This document shows positions 36,460 through 49,571 of a stretch of DNA of 64,000 nt, one piece after another; the first letter of the stretch is position 1, and the number at the start of each line of letters is the position of its first letter. Origin of the DNA: Chlorokybus atmophyticus (lineage: Eukaryota > Plantae > Mesostigma and Chlorokybus algae); the NCBI GenBank assembly GCA_009103225.1, contig RHPI01002955.1, positions 216,486-280,485 of the forward strand, read 5' to 3'. The notes under the pieces were generated by a model. It had not been told where the DNA came from. It saw only the letters and a program-made list of their open reading frames with translations, and made no database searches. Both the position numbers and the translations under genes were made by a program.

Positions 36460-39400
36460 CAGTCAAGGCCAAATTCTGTGATTTTCATGGCCGTTTTAGG
36501 CCTTATTTGTAAGGTACATGTTTTTAATGACTTGTGGCGGATATCGGCGAGTTATGAGTCTGCCGCGGATATCGACCGGGGCCCCAAGACCAGTCCGGAA
36601 GGTGCCAGAAAACGGAGGGCCAGTCGAGAAGGGCTCGACCAGATTTCTGGAAGGGCCTGGCGCCAAGTAGTATAACTTGACCATATGAGCAGCAAATTAG
36701 GAGATCTTTGGTGCGTTGGAAAGGTCTAGAAGTGTACTACAAGATTCTGCAAGAATATCTTAGCTTCTAGTTCCGTCTAGCGCTAGAATCGTCTAGACAG
36801 TAGCATGTGCAGACTGGTAGGTATAAAAGTGACATTCTACAATTTGCAATACAACCTTTAGCTCCCTAGTTTCTTGTGTGCAAGCTTGGTGGTGGTTAGC
36901 AGGGGTTGCTAGCGTGTGCCCACCGGTGTGTGCTTGCTTGTGTGACGATCCAAGGCGCTACACAAGTCGGTGTGTAGCTTCGAGCGCATGCGCGTGCGTA
37001 CGCGAGTGGCGGGGCGCGTGTGTGTGCTTGGCAGAGGGGGCAAGGTTCCGGTGTGAATACCGTGTCTTGGTGAGAGGGTTGTGGATTGGACCAACTCACA
37101 GGTGACAAGGCACGAGCACCGTCACACTTCCCGTTACACATGATCACTCTCAAACTGCTATGTTGACAGCACTACTTTATGGGAGTTCAAGTGCTTAATT
37201 TTGGTGCAGTACCCAAGTGGCTCGCTCATGCAGTCAGTCATTTAGCTCATGAGCCTTGAGCATGATGAACTGTACAAGGCATTGATAAGCAGCTTGCACG
37301 GAGCTGGTCAGTGTGCATATGCATGCATAAGCATGCATGCCATTTGTCACTGTAGGTGACAAGGTGTTCATGGCTTTTTCAAAGGTCCTGTTTGGCCTGT
37401 GTGGCCTGTGTTACAAAGATAATTAGATGCGTCAGCACATGATGGGCGAAAAGGCTTTTCAGCTCTCCTGTGGCCAAGTGGGAAGGCAACAGGGAGAAAT
37501 ATAAAAGTCTAGATCAGCATGGTCTGGGAGGTTTTAGTTTTACACAGCCTAGTGCTTACTTGCTGTGTGTTTGAGGTGCTTGGCTTAACCATTCAAGGGG
37601 CCCTCCTTACCCTCCTGTGTGGGGCGTTTTTTAGCGGTTTACCTTGGGTTTTGGTGCTATACGTCGGAGTTAACCCCTATACTAAAGAACAGGCGCCTAC
37701 CTATGTTTACAGGGTGGTTTATATCTAGTAGTTGGCGCCTGCACTAAAAGAGAGGCGCCTGGCTAGGGGTTTGGGTGGTTTAGCTCATGATTGACTGTAT
37801 TGGGGAGGAGGCGCCTCCCACGTCCTGCTATTGCTGGTGGCGTTGTTGGTGGTCATCCTTAACTACCTGTAGTTGTGGACAACCCCTGCTTAGCTGGAAC
37901 TGCCGTTGTGTATTGCTAAGAGTGCATGCATTTGTATGTGCATGCTGTAGCCTTGCACACTTGTCAGTGTGCATGCATGTATATGTGCATGCTGTAGCCT
38001 TATACATTGTTGGTGTATGTGTATGCCTCTTGTATATTGAGGATGAGCATGGCCTGTGTGCATGCACAATAGCCTTGCACTTGTGTGCACGTGTGGTTGC
38101 AGCCTTCTACGGGCATACTGCATGCTCACACATGTGTGAGTCATTGTCGGCGAAGTCACAAGCTTAGGCGGTTACAGGTTGAGAGTGGCTTGACCACCCT
38201 ATTTGTGGTTCGTTATTGGCGAGGACGCTATAGGACTATTGCATTAATGCACTGACTTGCACTAAGTGGTTTACATCACACTGAGGTGGTGGTTGTGACA
38301 GTGGTATCGGCGCTTGCTTGTGTAGTGGGCCTTGTGTTTCTGTGTGCTCTGAGTAATAGTGTACATATTGCTTTTCCTTGTCAAGCAGACATGGAAGGCA
38401 ATGCTGGGCAAGCAGACCTTTGCCAAGTTGCGTTCTGATACGGAGATGATAAAACAACGCCATGCAGAGTAGCTAGCCAAGATGGCAGCTGTGCATGCCA
38501 ATGAATCCATGCTGCCCCGCCTTGAGCTCCTTATAGGCACCTCTGATGAGAAGGGCCAGAACATTGGCACGCTACTGCGTGACTTGTTGTTCATGATATC
38601 GTCTGAGGTGAACCTCACGCGCACATGTTAGGATAAGTGAAATCAAGGAGGCTTGTGGGATTACACAACAGTTTGCTAGCCCATATCTCATGCAAAATGC
38701 ATTAAAAGTCGGTGGCATATTGGCAGCTGACAAAGCTAGAGCGGTGGCCCTAATGGCATTGTACTTGAGAGGGAATGCTGCCCGCATGTGGCAGGTGGCT
38801 GAACCCCGGTTCAATGCAAAGGGTATCAACACGGAAACACCGAATGTCTTTGAGAACGCCCTTCTGCAGGCATTCGGGGGTATGAATCCTTCACTCAAGG
38901 TTCGTAACAAGTTGGCAGCATTGCGCATGCGCTTCAACCACTCGGTTGAAGAGTTATAAGCGTTTGCTGCCTGCAATTGTGCAAGAGCAGTTGATCTTTA
39001 AGCCTGGTGTACATGGGCTTGAAGCATACACAGACCGGAACTTTGACCCGAAGGTCAAAACGGCTATTAATACAATAATCAGTCGCATAATTGTTCAGAC
39101 AAACAAGCTGACTGTCTGTGAACGCCCAACCATATTTGCCAAAACTGAAAAGCGCACCTTAAAGCATGTGGCTAAAGGCAAATAGGAAGGCAAAGGCAAG
39201 AAGCCTTGAGAGGTCAATGGCAATGGCAAGAGGCCTCGAACTGCTACTGAGGTCGTGAACATCCCCATTGATGTAAAAAATAAGAGATTTAAGGCAGGGG
39301 AGTGCTCAAGTGTGGAGTCCACACTGTGAACAGAAGGGGCACCGGATGGCGGCATGCCCCAACCCGGCAAAAACTTATGACACCACATAAGGGTGCCGGG

Positions 39401-39500
39401 TGGAAAGCTGTGAAGACTTAGACGCGACACCCACAAATAGTAATGCTACTTTCGATATTGTGCTTGCTTCTGAACATAAGTTTGACATCGAGACACTTGT

Positions 39501-40551
39501 TGTCACATCCCACTTGACCAGAAAAGACTTGGTGCTTTTATGGTCGATTTGTGGTTATATTGTAACGGGAAGGTACATTAAATTACCGCAAATCGACCAT
39601 AAAAGCACTAAGTCTTTTATGGTTGGGTGGGCTGTCACATTGGCCATCGGAGCTTGAGACCCGGGTTCAATTCTTGAATTGCACACGAATTCCGCGGTCG
39701 TTGTTTCTCAATCAAATAACATCGTCAATGGTCACTTTATAAGTGCCATCATCGATAGGTCGCGACTTGCCTAATGGTAGTCGCGTTAGACTGACCAGTT
39801 CAGTCGGCACGGCAAGACGCGACCTGCCTGTCGTGATGCGACCTGTGGGGTCGGCAGCGGTGCGCCATGCGCGCATTGACCGGTATGGGCATAAATTGGC
39901 TGATCCTTAGGTGGTGGGGCCGGTGACCGACCCTAATCAGACCCCTGGGATGATCCCCCAGCTGCTGGGAGCTAGCTGTCGAGGACGTCAGCGTTCTTAA
40001 GTTGGGGGGAATGTAACGGGAAGGTACATTATATTACCGCAAATCGACCATAAAAGCATCAAGTCTTTTATGGTCGAGTGGGCTGTGACATATATAATAT
40101 ACCTTCCCATTCCATTTCCCCCCACTTAAGAACGCTGACGTCCTCGGCAGCTGGCTCCCATTAGCTGGGGAATCATCCCAGGGGTTTGCTAGGGTCAGTC
40201 AACGGCCCCCCCACCCAAGGATCGGTCAATTTTGGCCCATACCGGTCAACGCGCGCACAGCGCGCCGCTATCGGCCCCACAGGTCGCATCGCTACAGGCA
40301 GGTCGCGTCCTGCCGCGCCAATTAAACGCCAGCGCGACTGCCATTGGGCAAGTCGCGACCCATCGATGATGGCACTTATGACCATTTACGATAATCTTAA
40401 ATCGAGAAACAACGACCGCGGAATTTGTGTGCAAGGCATGAATCAAACCCGGGTCTCAAGCTCCGATGACCAATGTCACAGCCCACTCGACAACAAAAGA
40501 CTATGTGCTTTTATGATCGATTTGTGGTCATATAATGTACCTTCCCATTAC
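39501..40551 (-). mobile_element. TRIM family 1 copy A, with copy B inserted in its LTR
   Basis: LTRs at 39501-39560 plus about 40096-40114, and at 40474-40551; internal region homologous to 31952-32309. Confidence 0.85.
39561..40090 (+). mobile_element. TRIM family 1 copy B (530 bp, complete)
   Basis: 79-bp LTRs at 39561-39639 and 40012-40090; TSD TATAT at 39556-39560 and 40091-40095; PBS TGGCCATCGGAGC; PPT GGGGGGAA. Confidence 0.92.
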
Positions 40552-40559
40552 GTTGAACA

Positions 40560-40680
40560 GGGCAGCTGCCGAGGACGTCAGCATTCTTAAGTGAGGGGGA
40601 ATGTAATGGGAAGGTACATTAATTAACCCAAAATCGACCATAAAAGCATCAAGTCTTTTATGGTCGAGTGGGTTGTGACA
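40560..40680 (+). mobile_element. TRIM family 1 partial copy C (3' internal end, PPT and LTR)
   Basis: GAGGACGTCAGCATTCTTAAGTGAGGGGGAA followed by the LTR at 40602-40680. Confidence 0.8.
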
Positions 40681-43600
40681 CTTGCCAAGGTTGGTAATGG
40701 AAGAATGCTATCTACCTGCCATATTGCAGTGCACGACAATGATATGGGTGTACCTGCTGACAAAATTCTTGTTGCATGATTGTGCTAGAAAACATTTGCT
40801 GTTAAATGCGCGTGCCAGTCATCTCAAGTACCATGTGAGGTGCAAGAGTGCAAGTGCTAACAACACCAACGCGTGTGTAGTTGTGTCTTGGTGCGCTACT
40901 TGAAAGACATGCAAGTGATATATGAGGTCAACAGGGGTGCGAAGGTTCCACAATCTATGCGGGTCACGTATAATCCTCAAGTGTTTCACCGTGTATGTAA
41001 GTTGAACTTAACACGGTTGCTTACAGCAACCGTGGCAAAGGTACCTGTCATCATGATGATTGACATTGGCACGCCAAAGAACTTTGTAAGTGAATCTTTG
41101 GTGCGACTTCTTGGCAGACATGTCAATGCATGCAATGAGCAAGTCGCTTTACTTGACGACTATGCTCTACCTGTGCATGAAATAGTGCGATTGTCACTGC
41201 GTATGCAAGGGTATCATGCTCAACTCCGGTTCATGGCAATTCTGGTGGAAGTGTCATGGGTTAATGTAATTGTGCCAGTGGGAGAGAGCAGTTGGCTTAC
41301 GCACTGATGCTAACACCAAGTTGTGTAGCGTGAGGAAAGGAGAAAAGGCAGAGTGGTCTTGAAGGCAAATGGGTGAGCACTGATCTGTCATGGTTGCTTA
41401 ATGACCATCAGACGTCTCAATGCTTCTGAGTACTATGCAGGTAAAAAGAGAATTTAAGCGAGGAGCTACTCCACTGTTGGTGCTTGTGCGTGAAGGGCCT
41501 GTCGCCAGTAAGGGAGACAACTCTACATCTGGTACGCCGACAAATGGCACAATTGATGCTGCAATGCATGCAGTTTGGGATGAGTATGCTAACGTATTCA
41601 TGGATGAGTTGCCTACTATGCCACCTGAGAGGGAAGTGTGGCATACTATCCCTCTGGTGCAAGAAGCACAACCTTCATTTAGATGCACATCTGACTACAG
41701 GATGAGCCTTGCAAAGCATGCTGCCATGGAAGGGCAAATTAAGCAATTGCTCACAAAGGGGTTGATCGAGCTGAGTAGCTCTTCCTTTAGTGCCTATTCA
41801 CTTTGTACCAAAGAAACTTGGCAAGCTCCGCATGTGTGTGGACTACCGTGCCTTTAACAAGCTTACCATCAAGAACAGGTACTCATTACCAAGGATAGAT
41901 GATCTGTTAGACCAATTGTAAGGTACGACTATATTCAATTCCTTAGATCTTGGGTTGGATTACCATCAGATTCGAATAATATCGGAAAATGCCAAACACA
42001 GCATTTAGGACACCTGTTGGCCACTTCCAGTACAAGGTGTTGCCATTTGGATTGATCAATTAACCAGCCACCTTTCGATTGCAACAATGAACCAGGTGTT
42101 CTCAAAGCTTATTGGTAAGACAGTACTTGTGTACTTGGATGATATCCTCATGTTTAGCAAGGACGAGGCTTCACATGTCGCACATGTGCGCATGATGTTG
42201 CAAACACTGCGAGAGCACAAGTTTTATGCTGTAGTGGAGAAGTTTGAGTCTGGGAAGCATGAGTTAGCCTTTTTGGGTCACATAATCAGCAAGGATGGCG
42301 TCCATGTTAATATTAAAAATGTATGTGCAGTAAAGGATTGGCCCGTGCTTGTGAAAGTACATGAGTTGCATTCTTTCCTTAGGTTGTGCAATTACTTTTG
42401 CAAGTTCACTCTGAGGTACTCTGGTAGAGTTGCCCCTCTTACTAATCTGACCAATGAAAAGATCAGGTGTGCTTTGACACGAACACGAAGGCAACGAGAT
42501 GCCTTTAAGTCAGTCAAAGAGGCTTTGATGCAAGCGCCTGTGTTAAGGTTCCCTGACTTCAGTCAGCCCTTTACTTGTGGGTGATGCATCTATAGCTGGC
42601 ACATGTGCCATATTAATACAGGGTGGTCATCCTCTTGCATACCTGATTAAGAAGTTATCTGCAGCTGAGAAGAACTACACTACCACAGAGCGAGAGCATT
42701 GGGGAATGGTGCACGCGCTCACAAAGTGCTGCTACTTAAAGGGTGGAAGGCGGTTCACAGTAGTAACCGACCACAAACCACTCACTTTCTGTCAGACCCT
42801 AACAACTTTGTCATGAAGATAAGCCAGGTGGGCAGAGTTTCAGTTCCGCTTCAACTTTACTTGGGTTTACAAGCCTAAAAGAGTGAATGTGACAGATCCC
42901 CTTAGCCACTCGCCGCTGTTGTTGGCAGTAATGGCGCGGGCACGCGGGGTATCTGCAAGTGCGAACCCTTCAAAAAGGGAGCACAACCTTAGCAATGGGA
43001 GCAACAACTAGGTCCCAAATATGGAAACAGTTTCAGTCATTGCCGACTGACACATCTAAATATGACTTATTGCAGATTGATGTCCAACCAGGGGGGGGGG
43101 GGTATTGGTGAGCCAAGAATGCATATTAAGGGAAGGGCCAATCCCCGGTGGGGAGGACCTTAACAACCAGTCATCAAGCACAGTTATTGAAGTTGATGCA
43201 CTTGATATGTTGGAGCGATCGTCTCAAGCATACTCAACAGACCTCTGGTTCCTTAGCTTATTGAGAAAAGCAGATGCGGACTTGGTGTGCCATAATGGTT
43301 TGTGGTACTACAAAGGGAAGCTAGTTGTGCCTGACATGCTTAGCCTACGACAGGACTGCATGTATGAAGCATACAATGCTGTGTATAGCGGGCATATGGG
43401 CATGAGGAAGACCGTCAAGCAATGGAGCGCTTCTATTGGTGGCCAAGCATGGCATCTGATGCAACAAAGTATGTTCGTATCTGTGACATGTGTCAGCGCA
43501 ATAAAGCCTCGCGTAGTAAGCCCGTAGGTCTATTGAAGCCACTAGAGGTACCGAAGTACCAGTGGCAAAGTGTTAGTATGGATCTGATTGCTGACTTGTC

Positions 43601-44885
43601 GGTAACAAAGAAAAGACAAAGCGCTGTTATTGTCTTTAGCGATAGCTTGACTAAGATGATGAGGCTGTAGCCTTGCCGCACTGATATTAATGCATGTGAG
43701 TTTGCATTCTGCTTTATTAATGCAGTGTAGTTCAAGTCTCACGGGGTGCCATATAAGTTGGTATTTGATAGAGACCCAAAATTTGTTAATAAGGTTTGCA
43801 AGCCGTGTGCAAGTACATGGGCACGAAGCATACCTAAGTACAGCATACCATCCTAAATCAACCGGTCAGACACAGAGAGCAAATTAAGTGTTGGAAGACG
43901 TGCTGCGCAACTACACTTCGCCAAGGTATGACACCTAAGATGAGTATTTATCTTTTGATAGAGTTTGCTATTAACAATGCCTGGCATAAGTTCACGCAGA
44001 GCACGCCGATCTTCTTGAACTATAGGCGGCATCCATTGACCCCCATGACTTTGAAACTTCAAGCATTTACTTAGGTACCTGCTGCTAAGAAATTCATTGC
44101 TTAACATGCATTCATGTTCAAAGCATGCTAAGCTGTGCATCAGAGCTACACATGACAAGGCTATGATGTATGCTCACAAGCATTGCAAGCCTGGTGAGGG
44201 TCTCAAGGTCGGGGGCTATGTGCTGTTGAGCTCAAATGAATGTGAAGCTCAAGATAACAGCCCCTCGCAAGCTGTTGCCCAAATGGTTGGGACCATTCAA
44301 GGTAATCACAGTAGCTGGCGATAGAGCTTTGCATGTAAAAAAACTGCCTGCAAGCATGAGAATACAGGATGTGTTTCATGTGTAATTGCTAAGACCACAT
44401 TGAAGTGATGGTGCAGTGCAGCTCCTCCAATCAAGGTTGAAGGAGAGGAAGGGTATGAGGTTGAGGCCATACTTAGTAAGCGGTTCCGAAAGCACACAAG
44501 AATATCTTTCAAATCGAGTACTTGATCAAGTGGCATGGTTATGGCGAAGAGCTTAACCTCTAGGAGCCTTAAGCCAATATGTCAACTTGTGCGAACATAA
44601 CAGCAGAGTTTGATAGTGAACTCACATCTACAGGGGTCGCTTAAAGAAGCAACACGCGGTGCTTTGCTTAATACTGTCAAACACGTGCACATGTCGACAG
44701 GTGAACTCTTTTATAATTACTATCAGTGCGAACTCACTGTAAGATGGTTATTTACTCCCGTGACTTGTAAGTTTTCATGCATGGAGCACAGAGGCTACAG
44801 CAGAATTGGCCATCCCGGTCTGGCAGGCGCTGTGCGGGGCAGGACCCAGCCTGTTACGGGAAGTTGCAAAGCAAATGGGGAGAAA

Positions 44886-46060
44886 TGTCACGCCTAGCAG
44901 GCAAGGCATGATCACTCTCAGGTTGCTATGTTGATAGCATGGTTGTATGGGAGTTCAACTGCTTATGTTGGTGCAGTATCTAAATGGTTTGTGTATGCAA
45001 TCTTTAAGCTCATGAGCCTTAGGCATGATGAACTGTACAAGGCATTGATAAGCAGCTTGCAAATAGCTGGTTAGTGTGCATATGCATGCATAAGCATGCA
45101 TGCCATTGGTCATTGTAGGTGACAAGGTGTTTATGGCTTTTATAAAGGTTTTTGTTAGCTTTTGTGGCCTGCGTCACAAAAAGAATAATATGTGTCAGCA
45201 TAGGATGGGCGAAAAGGCTGTTCAGCTCTCCTGTGACCAAGTGGGAAGGCAACAGGAAGAAGTATAAAAGTATAAAGTATACAAGTCTAGAGCAGCATGG
45301 TATTGGGAGTTCAGTTGTAGTCAGCGCCGTGCTTGCTTGCTGTGTGTTTGGGGTGCTTGGGTTAAATGATTTAGGGGCCTTCCTTACCCTCTTGTGTGGG
45401 GCGTTCGTGAGTGGTTTACCTCGGGTTTTGGTGCTGTACCTTGAATTTAACGCGTTTACTGAAGAACAGGCGCCTATCTAGGGTTTTAATATGGTATCAC
45501 CTAGTAGTTGGCGCTTGCACTAACGGAGAGGCGCCTGGCTAGGGGTTTGAGTGGTTTAACTTCTGGTTGACGCCTATACTGAGGATGAGGCGCCTCCCAC
45601 GTCCTGCTATTGCTAGCCTTATCTGTAGCCTTCCTTGACTACCTGTAGTTGTGGACAACCCCTGCTTAGTTGGATCTGCCGATGTGTATTGCTAGGAGTG
45701 CATGCATGCGTATGTGCATGCTGCAGCCTTACACGCTTCTCAGTGTGCATGCTGTAGCCTTATACAGTATTTGTGTATGTGTATGCCTCTTGTATGTTGA
45801 GGATGTGCATGGCCTGAGTGCATGTATAGTAGCGTTGCATTTGTGTGCATGTGTGGCTGCATCTTTCCACGGGCACACTGCATGCTCCCGCATGCGAGAG
45901 CCATTATTAGTAAAGTCACAAGCTTAGGCGGCTACAGGTGGGGAGTGGCTTGATCACCATATTTATGGTTTGCTAATGGCGACGATGCTACAGGGCTATT
46001 GCATTATTGCACTTACTTGCACTAAATGGTTTACATCACACTGATGTGGTGGTTGTGACA
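44886..46060 (+). repeat. 3' LTR of the outer chromovirus (1175 bp)
   Basis: TG...CA ends, preceded by the PPT and followed by the TSD; clearly diverged from the 5' LTR, mostly by transitions. Confidence 0.9.
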
Positions 46061-46329
46061 ATAGCATGTCAACAAAAGCACAAAATAACCCAGCTTTTAT
46101 GGGACAAGTGCTTATAGGAGCTTGTCCACTGCTGAGTACTAGAGACTTGGGGAGTTGTGCTCCATTATCATATACATGCTGTGTTGTAGGGCACACAGTC
46201 AACGAGCCATACCCCCCGAGCTTTTGTGAAGGTTCAAGCTTTAGAGCTCAGCATCTGACACAAGTGTGCAGGTCCGTTAGTGTGGCAATTATTGCACTAA
46301 TACTCCACCACTAATACCTCAACCAAAGG

Positions 46330-48250
46330 AGGGCTTAAGACAGTAGCATTGCAGCCCTTTGCAAAGGGCTGCAGTGCTATCAATGGCTATAACAAGTGTT
46401 ACAGTCATTACAAAGTTGTACGAGTGGGTCATCGACGGTATTGCCGCAGCGCTCACAATGTGCCGCGGGCGGGGCGTGGGTGCTTGATACGCCCGAAGCC
46501 AGCCATGCAAAGGAGGTGACTTGATGCGCAGTTCACCATGTTGTTCATCAACCTCTTGCCGTTCTGGCCGAAGAGGTCCAACACCCCTTTGGGGTGTACC
46601 TTAAGCACTTTAGAAAAATTGCGGCCAATGGAACTGTTGCGCGTATCTTTTATGGCCTCCATGCAATTGGGAAAGTCCCTTGCTTAGAACCGACATTGAT
46701 GCTCCTTGTAGAAGCCACTGCGCACACGCTCATAGCGCAGCGTGTCGCAGTGCTGCGCAATGCGCAAGTTCATGAAGGCCTTGAGAACATTGAGCTTAAA
46801 GAGTGCTGCGAAAGATAGTGTCGTGATGTATGCAGTTGGGGTCATTGAGATTGTCCACCATACAATCCACCTTCAACTGTGCACAAAAAAGAAGCAGTGG
46901 CGGTCACTTGAGCAGCAAGGTATAAGGGCTATACTCGCGCAAAGCTGCTTGCTTTGATAGCCGGTATTCGAGGGCCACCCATGGCAGGTGGTCATCCCAG
47001 GTATTCCTCTCATACTTCAGCATGTGCTTGCGCAGTGCCTTCTTAATGGTCTGTACTGTGCGCTCGGCAAGACCATCGGCCAAAGGGTGGTCACGCGAGG
47101 TACGTCAACGATTAATATGGCACCTGTGCAAAAGGGTGTCGAACTCCCCTTTGAACTCAGTGCCTTGGTCGATGATGACCTCAGCGCAACTATTGTGCCG
47201 GCTGAAAACATGAGAGGAAGGCTTGAGACACCCCGCTGCTGCTTTTGTCGGCCAATGGCACCAGCTCCACCCACTTGGAAAAGTTCTCAATCGTTACAAA
47301 GATGTAGCGGTTGCCGCGTGTCAAGGGTGACAAGTCTCCCAAAATGTTGAGCCCCTACCAATAGAAGAGACCGAGGATAAGGGGAGGGTTCATTATGGCT
47401 CTGCGCGTGTTGAGGCTGGTGCGCACCATGTTATACTACTGGTAGTAGCTTACGAGCTCCTGCACCTACTTGTACAATCCATGCCACCAATATTGTGCCC
47501 TCATAAAGCTGTTTGCTTTGGTGTCCGAGCTCCGTGCAAAAGGCAGCAATTATGCCCTCGCGTGTGGCTGGTGTTGGCACCTCCTTGTCTTCACCATGGA
47601 GGCGGCGATGCAGCTCGTTATGCCCAATGATAGTGCTAAGTGCATTGGAATGATGCGGTCCTTCTCGCGTGCACTCATGCCGGTGGGAAGCTAGCCACTG
47701 CAAAGGAAGGAGAGGGATGGCTCTTTTAGCCATAAGTCCTACCTGGTATCGGTGGGTACCACCTCTTGTCGACCTCGATGTTGATAATGCGGGTGTCCCC
47801 TACGGGTGTGTTCATGGCGGGGCCCGTTGGCTTAAGAGCAGACATCTCCCAAGCTGTTGCTGTGGCAGTGCACCACATCAGCTGCACCCAGCCTATAAGC
47901 ATGAAGATCCGCGCGCGTCACTGACCACTAGCTAAATCACAACTCTAGACCGGCTCATTTTATGACCCTAGCCTACATAAGCACCGCGCATAGCTATTCA
48001 GCTGTGAATTCATGTATAAGTTGTGTTTTGCATCTAGTGAAGGTTTCTTTGAAAACCCTGATATGACCGCTAGCTCATGTTCTTATCAATCATAGTTATT
48101 TGACTTGTATAAGTAGTCACAGTGTTCACCGGATTAGCTGGTGACACTATGTGTGAGAAAGTCAGAGCTTTTGAAGCAACTTGAACCATGAAACACACCG
48201 TCCCGGTTTCGAAGAATCTTTTCACCATTTAAAAGCCTGTGCATGCTCTC
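46330..48250 (-). pseudogene. Degraded Ty3/gypsy pol remnant (integrase core, traces of RT)
   Basis: IIDQGTEFKGEFDTLL...HPLADGLAERTVQTIKKALRK on the minus strand at about 47000-47190, with many stops. Limits approximate. Confidence 0.65.
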
Positions 48251-49016
48251 GTGCACTGTGCTTGTCATCGCCGTGAGCTTGCAGTTGGTGTGTGCTTAGT
48301 TGCGGTGTGCTTGGTGGCATTGGTTAGGGCATAGCATCCACATGTTGCTTGCTCAATTACCTCATTTAATAGTGTAACACATGTTCCACTTATGCAGAAA
48401 ACTATGTAAATAGGGCAAACTATAGTAGTGGCTTGTCGACTCACAGTGTCACCCTCTTTGCCCAAGTGAGTGTGGTTACATTCCGTATATCATAAGTGCA
48501 CCTTGGAGATTGATACATCTTAATGCATTGTTATCACTTATATCGCAAAGTGCGCACAAACACTAGTGTGTTGCGTGATAGCAGCGTTGAGTTAGCCTTG
48601 TAGAGCACAAGCACTCTACCTTCAAACACTTTCACCATTAGCTGTATTAGCAGGCCCACCCCGTTCTCGCGAATAGGCGAGGGGAGCCTCAGCAGCTGGA
48701 GCCCAACTTTCAACCTCACCTACGAACAAGCAAGTGAAAGAAGCAATTATGTTTGTGCAGTGTTGATGACGAGATAGAGCCTTCCAGCTCGATAAACTTG
48801 CTGCGCTTGTTTGAACGTGCTGGCACTAACATACTTATATATACTGAGTTCATCATCAAATTTCACTTCAAGATGCGTCTGCAAGCTCTCCAAAGCAAGG
48901 ACTGGTAACCTATTGTGTCATTTCATGTCATGGCTTTGTACCTTGATTTTGAGGCACATAATATGTGGACATCCATTTTTGAGCTGTACAATGTTAATGG
49001 CTATGGCGAGCTCGCC

Positions 49017-49571
49017 TGTAATGCCGGTTAATGTGGATTAGGCTAAGAAGGGCTTATGAAGCATTGATAAGCAATACACAACCTCTCATGGCAGCGACTT
49101 TTGCTACCATGGCTTAGTCGGCTAAGCCCCGCGTTACATTGGTAATCGGAGCTCTAAAGGTCGCGGGATCAAATCCCACCGGGCGCAAGATGCGCGCGAG
49201 TGGGTAGATTTTCGGCGACCGTCGGAAACGATCCAAGGCAGTTAGTGTGATTGGTTAACAATAAGCTGCGAGGTGAAGCTGACTGAGTCGGCGCGCAGGG
49301 TCGCTCCTGCGCGCGGCAACGTGGCAAGTCGCCGCGGAAAACTACGCGGCATGACCGGTAATGGCTGGTCATGACTGGATGCGAGCAAGTCCTGCCGGTT
49401 ATGAAGGGCCAAGATGTGCAGGTAAAATCGCGGTTAAAGCCGGGTTGAATGTAATGCCGGTTAATGTGGAATAGGCTAAGAAGGGCTTCTAAAGCATTAA
49501 TAAGCAATACACAACCTCTCATGGCAGCGACTTTTGCTACCATGGCTTAGTCGGCTAAGCCCCGCGTTACA
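49017..49571 (+). mobile_element. TRIM family 3 (555 bp, 122-bp LTRs)
   Basis: LTRs at 49017-49138 and 49450-49571 (TGTAAT...GTTACA); perfect TSD TCGCC at 49012-49016 and 49572-49576; PBS TGGTAATCGGAGC. Confidence 0.92.

Larger units (their letters stand above)
32382..37126 (+). mobile_element. Young Ty3/gypsy chromovirus lacking integrase
   Basis: 672-bp LTRs at 32382-33053 and 36455-37126 with 3 mismatches seen; TSD CTTCC at 32377-32381 and 37127-37131; PBS TGGTATCGGAGC at 33056-33067; PPT at 36442-36454. Confidence 0.96.
31873..37138 (-). mobile_element. TRIM family 1 copy (about 516 bp net, 79-bp LTRs), interrupted by the young gypsy
   Basis: TSD CATGA at 31868-31872 and 37139-37143; LTRs 31873-31951 and 32310-32381 plus 37132-37138; minus-strand PBS TGGTCATCGGAGC and PPT GTGGGGGGAA. 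Confidence 0.9.
31847..38300 (+). repeat. 5' LTR of the outer chromovirus, interrupted by a TRIM and a young gypsy
   Basis: 31847-31872 plus 37144-38300 aligns with the uninterrupted 3' LTR. Confidence 0.88.
31847..46060 (+). mobile_element. Old, degenerate full-length Ty3/gypsy chromovirus (outer element of the nest)
   Basis: TSD ATAGC at 31842-31846 and 46061-46065; LTRs TGTCACG...TGTGACA; PBS TGGTATCGGCGC at 38302; PPT GGGGAGAAA before 44886. Broken gag (about 38570-39390), protease, RT (YLDDIL about 42130), RNase H, integrase and chromodomain (EGYEVEAIL about 44450). Confidence 0.9.

Noticed and set aside
49103-49186. Calling the TRIM A/B-box regions true tRNA genes
   Set aside because: There is no proper 7-nt anticodon loop or complete downstream acceptor strand. 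The sequence is interrupted by the LTR end and PBS and is part of TSD-flanked elements.
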